Assembly (NCBI GenBank): GCA_965217775.1
Contig: CBDCJH010000002.1
Coordinates: forward strand, 2,528,001 to 2,592,000
Length of the DNA: 64,000 nt
Source of the DNA: Acidobacteriota bacterium
GTDB taxonomy: Bacteria; Acidobacteriota; UBA6911; RPQK01; JAJDTT01
Reading direction: 5' to 3'
Part shown: one piece after another, positions 27,601-33,500 of the stretch
How positions within the stretch are numbered: position 1 is the stretch's first letter
Layout: each line of letters opens with the position of its first letter
Notes under the pieces: model-generated
Database searches by the model: none
What the model was told of the DNA's origin: nothing
What the model saw: the letters and a program-made list of their open reading frames with translations, nothing else
Program-made: the position numbers and the translations under genes

Positions 27601-30134
27601 GTCCTCACGCAGGTCGCAGCGGTGAGATCCGGCTTCTGCAGCAGTTGCCCGCCCGTCGAGGAAAAATTGCCGGCCGTGATCGCAGTGCCGTCCGGCTCGA
27701 AGAAGATCCGGCGCGGCCCGTCCGAATTGCTCGTGCGGACGGACTCGGTCCCGTTGAAAACGCGGCCGGACCCGGCAGCAGTGCGTACGTCGACCATCGC
27801 CACAACGACCGCGTTCTCCGCCGCTGCGTGGCCGTACAGGTTGCCCGCGGTCCGGATCCCCAGCCTCCCGTCGAAAGCGTGCACCCGCAGGTACCGGTCC
27901 GATCCGGAGGCCTTGACGACGACCACACCGAGTCCGGAGAGGCCACCTTCCGGGGAACGGATGACCTCGATCGGATCTTGGGTTCCGTCCTGGGTGTCCG
28001 TCGAGCTGGCGCTCACGTCGCCGTCTTCATTGACCAGGAACAAATCGTAATCGTTCGCTGAAGCCCCCAGCGGGTCGGCCCACTGAAGGACAATGATGCG
28101 GGCCCTGGAGCCTCTCACTTCGTTCGCTTCCGCCCCGCCACCGAAGTCGTGCCGGATGCCGACTGTCTCGCCATCCACAACCAGAGCACTTCCCGCAGCG
28201 TAGTCTCCTTCCCAGACCCCGGTCGTGCGATAGGTCAGATTGCCGTCGTTGCCGCCCGCCGAGAAGAAGAAACACCCGTCAGCGACCGCCGCATTGACTC
28301 CTTGCGTTATGATGCCGTCCTGAAAAACGGGTTCCGTGAGGTATCCGACGTCGTCGACGATGACGTTCGCACCGGCCTCGCAGAGCGCCTCGATGTTCTC
28401 CGCCATCCGGGCCTCGCCTCCATTGCCTGTCGCGAAATACAGCTCTGCTCCCGGCGCCAGGTCGTGGACGATCTCGAGCAGCGCCGTCCCTTCGTCTCCA
28501 CTGCCCTCTTGGCCCGGCAGCACCGTGACCCGGGCCGGCAGGTCGTCCGTTGCCTGCCGGCCGGCGAGCGACCGGACACCGTTTGCGATCACGCCGACTC
28601 CAATTCCAGTGCCGTCGACGTTGTGAGTTCTGCGCGCCGAGTTCGCCCGATGAGCGACGTCACCCTGCGAGGTGTTGTCCTTTTTGGTTACCGGGGCATC
28701 CGCTGCCCGGGTCCGGGAGGCGGGCGAGAGGGTCGCGGCTTGGCCGCGTGTCCTGGCCTCATCGGCGGGCCGGATCGTTCGGACCTCGTCCAGTGCGGCG
28801 AGCCTCACCACTGAGCGGAGCGGGATTTGCGCCCGGATGGCCTGGTACTTCGGTACGCTGTCGATGACGGTGCCACCCAGCTCCCGGATCCGGGTCAGGA
28901 CGGCCGGCGTGACGTCGGCCCGGATGTCCACCATCACCCGTTCATCCTTGGCTTGCGGATCCGTGGCTTGGAGACTGGCGATTCCGGCCGCCGTTGGCTT
29001 CGGCCGCGGTTTTCGGCGGGCCTCCAGAAGTTGCGAACTCACCTTCCGCTGGGCCGGCGTCCGGCGGACCTTGGCCGATAGCAGCGACCGGATCTGCCGC
29101 ACGGCCCGGGCCGGCAGTCGGCCGCCCGCCGGCTTCGTCTCCTCGCCGGCCCGGTTCGTCACCGCCGCCGCATCGCTGTCCAAAGGAGCAGGCTTGACGC
29201 CGTCCACCCTCGGGCCGGCCGGGTCCGGCAGTCCTGCATGGTTCAGGTCCGCGGCGTTTTCCGAACCGCCCTCAATCGCTCGGTCGTCCACGGAAAGGCT
29301 GTCCGCGATCGTAGGGGCAACCCCAAGTCTTCCACCCGTGACTGCCGCGCGGAGTTCTTCCAGCGAGATGTTGTGGACGCCACCGGCCGCCTCCAGGGTC
29401 AGGGCCACCAGTGCCGCGACCTGGGGAGGGGGCGCCGAGCTGACGCAGAAGGTCGCGAAATCCGGATTGGCCGCAGTCACGCACGTCGCTCCGGAGAGAT
29501 CGACGTTCGGCCCGGCCGAATCCCCGGTGGTCGAGAGATCGTCCGCCAGCGGCGACGGGTCCGGATCAAATTCGCCTCCCCGGACCTTGGACTTGGCTTG
29601 CTTGCCCTTCGCAGAGACGTAGACGCAACCGTTACGGACTGCCGCGTTGACCGCTTGGGCCATGAGGCCGCCCTGATAGATCGTCTCCTGATGGTCGAAG
29701 AGGTCGTCGACGATGACGTCCGCCCCCGCTCGGCAGAGCGCCTCGAGGTTGGCCGCGAACCGCGCCGGCCCGCCCCGGCCGGTCGCGAAGTAGAGCTCGC
29801 CGCCCGGAACCAGGTCGTGGAGGTTTGCGAGGGTCTCCGTTCCGTCGTCCCCTTCTCCCGCCTGACCCGGAAGCACCGTCACCCGATCCCGAAGATCGCC
29901 CGCTGCCTCACCGGTGATCAGCGTCGCCACACCGCTTGAGAGCACGCCGATCCCGACGCCCGTGCCGTCGACACCCTGACTCCAGAGCATCGCTGCGCCT
30001 TGCCGGGCGACCGCCGGCTGCTCGGTTCGGATCGGCTCGATCAACAGAGAGACCGCCACCAGCGCCCCGAGCATTCCACGCCACCCACGACTGCGGGACC
30101 ACGACGCGATTCCTGTCAGGCGGATCCTCTTCAT
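15642..30134 (-). CDS. G2: giant secreted multidomain subtilase/adhesin-like protein (about 4830 aa)
   Basis: ORF 15642..30350. The first 72 codons run through the promoter-proximal region and REPs, so the likely start is ATG 30134 (GGAAGG-TG-ATG; MKRIRLTGIASW matches the G3 start). Motifs: DEGT, SAGGNDG, FCGTSSAAPH, three DYDxDxDGLI/GLUG modules, 6 SwmB-like units, P32, Fn3, duplicated C-terminal domain. Confidence 0.92.
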   Translation of the reverse strand: MKRIRLTGIASWSRSRGWRGMLGALVAVSLLIEPIRTEQPAVARQGAAMLWSQGVDGTGVGIGVLSSGVATLITGEAAGDLRDRVTVLPGQAGEGDDGTETLANLHDLVPGGELYFATGRGGPARFAANLEALCRAGADVIVDDLFDHQETIYQGGLMAQAVNAAVRNGCVYVSAKGKQAKSKVRGGEFDPDPSPLADDLSTTGDSAGPNVDLSGATCVTAANPDFATFCVSSAPPPQVAALVALTLEAAGGVHNISLEELRAAVTGGRLGVAPTIADSLSVDDRAIEGGSENAADLNHAGLPDPAGPRVDGVKPAPLDSDAAAVTNRAGEETKPAGGRLPARAVRQIRSLLSAKVRRTPAQRKVSSQLLEARRKPRPKPTAAGIASLQATDPQAKDERVMVDIRADVTPAVLTRIRELGGTVIDSVPKYQAIRAQIPLRSVVRLAALDEVRTIRPADEARTRGQAATLSPASRTRAADAPVTKKDNTSQGDVAHRANSARRTHNVDGTGIGVGVIANGVRSLAGRQATDDLPARVTVLPGQEGSGDEGTALLEIVHDLAPGAELYFATGNGGEARMAENIEALCEAGANVIVDDVGYLTEPVFQDGIITQGVNAAVADGCFFFSAGGNDGNLTYRTTGVWEGDYAAGSALVVDGETVGIRHDFGGGAEANEVRGSRARIIVLQWADPLGASANDYDLFLVNEDGDVSASSTDTQDGTQDPIEVIRSPEGGLSGLGVVVVKASGSDRYLRVHAFDGRLGIRTAGNLYGHAAAENAVVVAMVDVRTAAGSGRVFNGTESVRTSNSDGPRRIFFEPDGTAITAGNFSSTGGQLLQKPDLTAATCVRTATPGFSTFCGTSSAAPHATAIAALMLEAAGGPNQVTLAQLRTGMTTGAAVLDIEAAGVDRDSGAGIVMAPGSVDAVDVAAADRNRAPTVENAESDRTFATGDDAVDIDLEDVFDDPDDDALTYEAISSYPARLSITRSNAQVTITPGSPGHAVVRLRAIDPDGLSATDSFSVTVRAGTRDYDSDNDGLIDVSNLAQLDALRYDLNGDGLVDGAIWMPYYTAYPMGALGMGCPSDGCAGYELTEDLDFDTDDDGDVDSDDDYWNGGDGWEPIGEADTPFTADFMGNRQTVSNLFIDRDTENEVGLFGAVDSNRISGVSLAGADVTGRHAVGSLLGAAVYVATLDNHATGQVSGQDEVGGLVGRTWGSVWYSSAAVNVSGNDAVGGLVGYQTLNPTVASRATGQVSGQDEVGGLVGRAGGEVWHSSAAVNVSGNDAVGGLVGHQTLNPIVASYATGNVEGMEAVGGLVGAVSDVNQIIEASYATGNVSGRGARLTDSDSGFIICDLVGTLTESGPVAATTSSGGGVGGLAGSSCGHVQASYATGAVSGTTAVGGLVGSGRFAKPRSSYWDAETSGVRVGVGEDDANDNGVIDGTEWVRLGVGGKTTAELQTPTDYTGIYEGWNVDLGNPVFEDGEPDDPWDFGTATQYPVLSLDLNDDDRATWQEAGYQVRTSLTLTAATTANQAQVDLSWNALSTTSWSPAPDVSYTLYRDDGATIEAVGTNLTGLTHTDTDVTIGDPYIYWVAAVLDGGEAARSAPVSVTAGGANQPPLAVGILPDRQLTVGAMAVDVEVASAFQDPDNDTLTYGASSSLTSVARLSRSGSVVTITPVAAGRTIITVTATDVSGSDMSASQRFRVKVGHDYDADGDGLIGISNLAQLDAMRHDLDGNGDAGAVAAYAAAFPSPFDRMGCGVNGCSGYELLADLDFDTDGDGAVDSDDDYWNDGDGWEPIGWDSTDEVDFFFNPRFDGNQHTLSNLFVAGRGYSGLFGRIGRSGVVRDVTLSDVNVSGTEAAGALVGENQGLLIGIRSSGQVSGELHVGGLVGYNAGFVVSSHATGRVTSDRDAGGLVGYHRSRLISASYATGPVTGAPAGGLVGTIGTPSQRATIRASYATGSVDGSPAGGLVGHVYDEGMISASYATGRVSGGSRKSGLVGDDEGGTVSNSYWDTRTSGQGSGSPGSGRTTSQLQSPTSYSGIYRSWNVDVNGDDVNDDPWDFGTSSQYPALRADLDGDDDATWEEFGYQLRSGPTLTATPTTTAGQGQIELEWAEVPLSSAWTPAPRASYTVNRGGGENLETIAQNLTVREYTDTDLAGGETYVYQVVAVVDGGEAARSAMVSVTVVGNKRPVVVDALRSRVLLVGDSAMTELGGAFQDPEGDTIIYAVSSSDTGVARVTLSGTRVTIIPVAEGRTTITVTATDDGSNQSTTQQFRVTVLSTTTVDYDTDDDGLIEISHLAQLDAVRHDLNGSGRNSDAVHAEAFPDGGDVLACGGLLGCVGYELNADLDFDTDSSGEADAGDAYWNNGAGWVPIGDSSGSVSGFGAIFEGNGRTITNLFIDSSENDIGLFGVTGFSAVIRNLEMVAVLVTGTDNVGGLVGSNGGAVSGCYATGKVSGDDIIGGLVGANLDAGSASASYSTVQATGDDRIGGLAGSNSGEVTAAYATGRVVADTEAGGLLGRNTGDVNVSYATGRVSGRRTVGGLVGWNSGDVKASYATGLVSGGRTIGGLVGDNTRGGNINNSYWDTETSGPTTVSYGRGQTTANLQAPTVYTGIYRKWNRDLDGDGMNDAPWDFGTSSQYPALSVDTNGVGGATWQEFGQQIRAGPVLMATPALGRVTLTWSAVTGVTYNLYRTSGTTVEILSENSSSRSYVDTDVTAGATYVYQVAAVINGGEPSRSARVSVDVPIPDTRDPTVSKLEITSDAGSDSTYAIRDVIEVTVTFSEDVFVTGTPQLTLRVGDQDRTADYDSVTDEEVLFRYRVVPGDVDANGVSIAADSLSLNGGTIEDGMDNEADLDHRALGTQSRHQVDGIQPELAATRGAVVTGATLTLTYTETLDSASTPPSSAFSVSGGSSSRNVSGVAVRGNAVDLTLSSAVAHWETGIRVSYTVPAGMGATPIQDRAGNDADGLSGAPVTNETADRVPPTVTSVEITSVPPDSRDVYGAGDEIEVTVTFSETVLVTGTPRVTLKVGERNRSANYESVTGAVVVFAYTVAVNDSDTDGVSLEADSLSRGTGTIRDTAGNHAVLTHTAVAADTGQQVDGIKPVLASTDGAVANGTMLTLAYGEPLDSSSVPGNDAFTVTGGNEMRMVTGVRVSGSAVELTLNPAVEHGETGLRVSYTVPTGSGATPIQDTAGNDADRLSNRTVTNVTGDTTGPTVETVRITSSAGSDRTYAVEDPIEVTVTFNETVVVTGTPRLTLNLGGQNRTADYLSVNRGAAVKFEYRVVRGDRDRDGVSIDADSLSRGGGTIRDGARNNAQLDHAAVAADSRHQVDGVPPVLATTDGAVANGTILTLAYSEPLNSSSRPAASAFTVTGGSETRTVIRVQVSGSAVLLTLNPAVTDGESGLRLSYQPGGNPIEDVVGNAADGLNNRTVTNRTGDTTGPTVETVRITSNAGSDRTYAAGETIEVTVTFSETVVVTGTPRLTLNLGGRSRTANYQDVTGAAVRFEYKVVSGDSAAYGVSLEANRLSGGTIRDGARNNAVLSHAPVAADSRHQVDGVKPTLATSDGAVASGTTLALAYGEPLDSSSVPATDDFTVTGGSETRTVTGVRVSGNAVFLTLSSAVVDGESRLRVNYEPGSNPIQDTAGNDADRLSNKSVTNRTGDPTGPAVSRVRITSSAGSDRTYVVDETIEVTVTFDETVVITGTPELTLDVGGGNRRAEYRSVSTRAVKFAYRVVTGDDDEDGMSIEANRLSRAGGTIRDGAGNDATLDHEAVAASSSHKVDAVAPVLALTDPVVVNGATLTLTYNEPLNTSSRPATSDFTVEGGNETRTVTRVRVSGSEVRLTVNPSAEYGETGIRVSYEPRSNPIQDRVGNDADAFRDQFVDNRTPDTTAPSIEGIEISSDPGTDETYAVDDMISVTVRYDETVTVDTIRGTPTLDLLVGTRRKRASAIVGSDRAAVMFVYTVEKGDEDEDGVSVPRGSIALNGGKILDLADNPAARSYEAVEAQADHKVDASVPGLEGVTVHGSRVALTYDEALDEGSTPSNSDFEVTVAGDDRTVLQVRVSGNSVILRLTSAVTAGELVMVSYTPGFNPIQDEVGNAVDGLTDRRVDPPLVTIQAKEGSETVTEGDTVEFTLTRGPPTEAPLMVSLEVTETRSMIETSGGYDPPKEVEFRSGQETATLEVLTDDDDVAESTSRVTARLQSGAEYRLGSASTQSARVTVQDNEVSTPPPPPPPPPPPPPPPPPPPPPPPPPPPPPPPPAATAPTAPLNLQAEAGNGEVTLSWKAPESDGRSALTGYEVRIDRAGEWTSIGSTDLTHTVTGLTNGRTYVFEVRAVNEIGQSPPSDAVESTPMAEEVILEFAHFGNGYSDNDVLITSDLVLVNVAESEIRPVIYFFDREGDLFEAGSVVDLGDDLEIREDGGLTPRTEIASLGELTISTHGRGEVVTGSVRVVSDGPVGGVVRFDIPGIGVAGVGASEPTADALFPARRQAGGIRTAAAIHNLGPEAVKVQCRLLKNGRVLEEGEIKLSANGQDAQFLEELFTETDTTDFVGSVRCTVPAGESFTGVAVELDAGNRIFTTLPVVPVDPDGGEEEETTLTFAHFANGTSADGTLITSDLVLVNVAASTARPAIYFYDQGGELLEPESMVEVEDHLLVREDGSLTLRTALARLGELTISTHGRGEVVTGSVRVVANGPIGGVLRFDIPGVGVAGVGASQPTVDALFPARRQAGGIRTAAAIRNLAAQRATVRCQLMSGGEALEEVDIRLNAHGQQARFIEEVFTRTDTRDFVGSVRCTALGEGLFTGVAVELDTGNRIFTTLPVVPIQR
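17346..17441 (-). repeat. Poly-proline tract, 32 Pro codons (G2)
   Basis: 96 nt of CCN codons. Confidence 0.95.
17810..21895 (-). repeat. Intragenic array of 6 Ig-like + SwmB-like units (G2)
   Basis: Six D..(G/P)P(T/A/S)V...I(T/S)S unit starts in the translated ORF. Confidence 0.85.
26242..26564 (-). repeat. 159-bp in-frame tandem duplication in the first GLUG module of G2
   Basis: ATGQVSGQDEVGGLVGR...GNDAVGGLVG.QTLNP.VAS occurs twice (markers at 26242, 26401, 26560). G3 has a single copy. Confidence 0.9.
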
Positions 30135-30171
30135 CACCTTCCGGGGGGTCGGGGACAGGTGAGGATTGCGA

Positions 30172-30290
30172 CGTCGGGCACCCGTTGTGGGTGCCCGTTG
30201 TTGCCCCCCGCTGATCGGCGCAGGGAGGGCAACCACACAAGGGTTGCCCCCACGAGCCCGGGGAGGGCGACCACAAGGGTCGCCCCTACG
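30172..30290. repeat. Cluster of GTAG-type REP palindromes (REPIN-like) in the G2 leader
   Basis: GGGCACCC-GTTGT-GGGTGCCC (30176-30196), GGGCAACC-ACACAAG-GGTTGCCC-CCACG (30227-30254) and GGGCGACC-ACAAG-GGTCGCCC-CTACG (30265-30290). The last reads GTAGGGGCGACCCTTGTGGTCGCCC on the minus strand, the GTAG-foot plus hairpin form of RAYT-associated REPs. Confidence 0.8.
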
Positions 30291-30336
30291 GGTGTGCGAG
30301 CGTCCGCTGTTCCATCCTCTATCCGTCCACGTGTCG

Positions 30337-30422
30337 ATTTTAAGGAACAACCCGGACGAATTTGGAGCTAATTCGTGAAATTAGGATGATATTTTGGTCA
30401 GTACAGTGATACTTTAGTGAAA
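30337..30422 (-). promoter_or_regulatory. Conserved promoter module 2
   Basis: -10 TAAAAT at 30342-30337. Repeats GTGAAA 30375, ATGATA 30386, GTGATA 30406, GTGAAA 30417. Confidence 0.75.
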
Positions 30423-30500
30423 TGTTCCACCCGAACCGCCCTCACCGGGGGCGACCGGGGGATTCAGGGAAGGGATCGTCTTTCGACTACTCTCGGCGGG

Positions 30501-33500
30501 TCATCTTTGAATCGGCACTACCGGCAGGGTGGTGAAGATCCGGTTGCCGGTATCCAGCTCCACCGCGACTCCCGTGAACAGGCCTTCCCCGAGAGCCGTG
30601 CATCTCACCGATCCGACGAAGTCTCTGGTATCCGTCCGGGTGAAGACCTCTTCGATGAACCGGGCATGCTGTCCGTGGGCGTTGAGACGGATGTCCACCT
30701 CTTCCAGCGCCTCGCCCCCGCTCATCAATTGGCACCGCACCGTTGCGCGCTGCGACGCCAGGTTGCGGATCGCCGCCGCGGTGCGGATCCCTCCCGCTTG
30801 CCGGCGGGCCGGGAACAGGGCGTCCACCGTGGGTTGACTCGCGCCCACCCCGGCCACGCCGACGCCGGGGATGTCGAAGCGCAGGACGCCGCCGATGGGC
30901 CCGTTCGACACCACCCGCACCGATCCCGTCACCACGTCTCCCCGGCCGTGGGTCGAGATCGTCAACTCGCCCAGACGGGCCAGGGCCGTTCGCAGGGTCA
31001 AGCCTCCATCTTCTCGGATGAGAAGATGGTCTTCGACCTCCACCATGGATTCCGGCTCCAGCAGTTCACCGCCCTGATCGTAAAAGTAGATGGCGGGACG
31101 GGCCGTTGACGCCGCCACGTTCACCAGCACCAGGTCGGAGGTGATCAAGGTTCCGTCGGCGGAAGTTCCATTGGCGAAATGCGCGAAGGTCAGGGTCGTT
31201 TCTTCCTCTTCGCCGCCGTCCGGATCCACGGGCACCACCGGCAGCGTGGTGAAGATCCGGTTGCCCGCATCCAGTTCCACCGCCACTCCCGTGAACGATT
31301 CACCGGCCGGGACCGTACAGCGCACCGACCCCACGAAGTCCGTGGTGTCGGTCTCCGTGAACAGTTCCTCGATGAACTGGGCGTCCTGGCCGTTGGCGCT
31401 GAGTTCGATCTCCCCCTCTTCCAGCACGCTGCCGTTCTTCAGCAACCGGCACTGCACCTTCACCGCTTCCGGGCCCAGGTTGTGGATCGCTGCCGCCGTC
31501 CGGATCCCGCCCGCCTGCCGCCGCGCCGGGAACAGGGCGTCCGCCGTGGGTTCGCTGGCGCCCACGCCGGCTACCCCGATCCCGGGGATGTCAAAGCGCA
31601 CCACTCCGCCGACAGGTCCGTCCGACACGACCCGGACCGACCCCGTCACCACTTCGCCCCGGCCGTGGGTCGAGATCGTCAGCTCGCCCAGCGACGCCAT
31701 CTCCGTCCGGGGCGACAGCCCTCCGTCCTCCCGGATCTCCAGATCCTCCCCGACATCCACCACGGACTCGGCCTCAAACAGATCTCCCTCCCGGTCGAAG
31801 AAGTAGATGACGGGACGGATCTCCGACTCGGCCACGTTCACCAGCACCAGGTCGGAGGTGATGAGGACGTCGTTGCCCGAGACCCCGTTGCCGAAATGGG
31901 CGAACTCCAGGATCACCTCCTCGGCCATGGGCGTGGCCTCGACCGGGCTGGAGGGAGGACTTGGACCGACTGAATTCACCGCCCGCACCTCGAAGACGTA
32001 GGTCCGGCCATTGGTCAGTCCGGTGACGGTATAGGCCAGGTCCGCGGAGCCGATGGAGGTCCACTCCCCGGCCCGGTCGATCCGGATCTGGTAGCCGGTG
32101 AGGGCGGAGCGCCCGTCGCTCGCAGGCACATCCCAGGTCAGCGTCACTTCACCGTCCCCGGCCTCTGCCTGCAGGTTCAGCGGTGCCGTGGGCGCCGTCG
32201 CAGCCGGCGGAGGAGGCGGAGGAGGCGGCGGAGGTGGTGGTGGCGGAGGCGGTGGCGGCGGCGGAGGGGGAGGCGGCGGTGGAGGAGGAGGGGGAGGCGG
32301 CGGCGGGGCCGAGACTTCGTTGTCCTGGACCGTCACCCGGGCGTTCTGGGTCGAAGTCGGGCCCAGCCGGTACTCGGCTCCCGGCCGCAGCCGGGCGGTG
32401 ACCCGGCTCGCGGATTCGGCGACGTCGTCATTGTCGGTCAACACTTCCAACGTCGCCGTCTCCTGTCCGGTCCGGAACTCCACCTCCTCCGGCGGTTCGT
32501 ACCCGCCCGAGGTCTCGATCATCGATCTCGTCTCCGTGACCTCCAGGTTCACCGTCAGCGGGGCCTCCGTCGGGGGCCCCCGCGTCAGCGTGAACTCCAC
32601 GGTCTCGCCTTCCGTCACCGTCTCCGACCCCTCCTTGGCCCCGATGGTGACCAGGGGCGGCTCGGCTGGTTCATTGGTCAACGTCTCGACCCCGTTCCCC
32701 ACCTCGTCCTGGATCGGATTGAATCCCGGCGTATAGCTCACCATCACGGTTTCGCCGGCCGTCACTGGAGAGTTCAGCCTCAAGATGACGCTGTTTCCGC
32801 TCACCCGAACCTGGACCACCGTTCGATCATCCCCGGCCACCGTCACCGCGAAATCGAACCGCGATGGTGTCGAGCCCTCATCCAGCGCCTCGTCGTAGGT
32901 CAGCGCCACCCGCAAGCCATGCACCGTCACGCCCTCCAGTCCCGGCACGCTCGCATCCACCTTGTGGCCCGCCTGCGCCTCCACCGCCTCGTAACTCCGT
33001 GCCGCCGGGTTGTCCGCCAGATCCAGGATCTTTCCTCCATTGAGCGCGATGCTCCCGCGCGGGACGCTCACTCCGTCCTCGTCCTCGTCCCCTTTCTCCA
33101 CCGTGTAGACGAACACCACGGCCGGCCGGTCCGACCCTAAACTGGCGCTGGCCCGCTTCCGCCGGGTCCCTACCAGCAGGTCCAGCGTCGGCGTTCCCCG
33201 CACGGTGTCCACCGTCACAGGCTCGTCGTACCTCACCGTCACCGAGATCATGTCGTCGACCGCGTAGGTCGCGTCCGTCCCCGGGTCCGAGCTGATCTCG
33301 ATCCCTTCGATCGACGGCGCCGTCGTGTCCGGTGTCCGGTTGTCCACGAACTGGTCCCTGAAGGCTTCGGCGTCGTTGCCCACCCGGTCCTGGATCGGAT
33401 TCGATCGGGGTTCATAGGTCACCCGGATCCCCGTCTCTCCGTGTTCCGCCGCCGGGTTCACCGTGAGACGAACCTCACTCCCGCTCACCCGAAATCGGGT

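Noticed and set aside
30172-30290. CRISPR array or IS ends
   Set aside because: There are only 2-3 palindromes in mixed orientation, with no regular unique spacers and no cas or transposase gene. This fits REP/REPIN.
30135-30350. 72-aa N-terminal extension of G2 in the ORF track
   Set aside because: It runs through the -10 box and REP cluster. Homology with G3 and the signal peptide place the start at 30134 (or GTG 30137).
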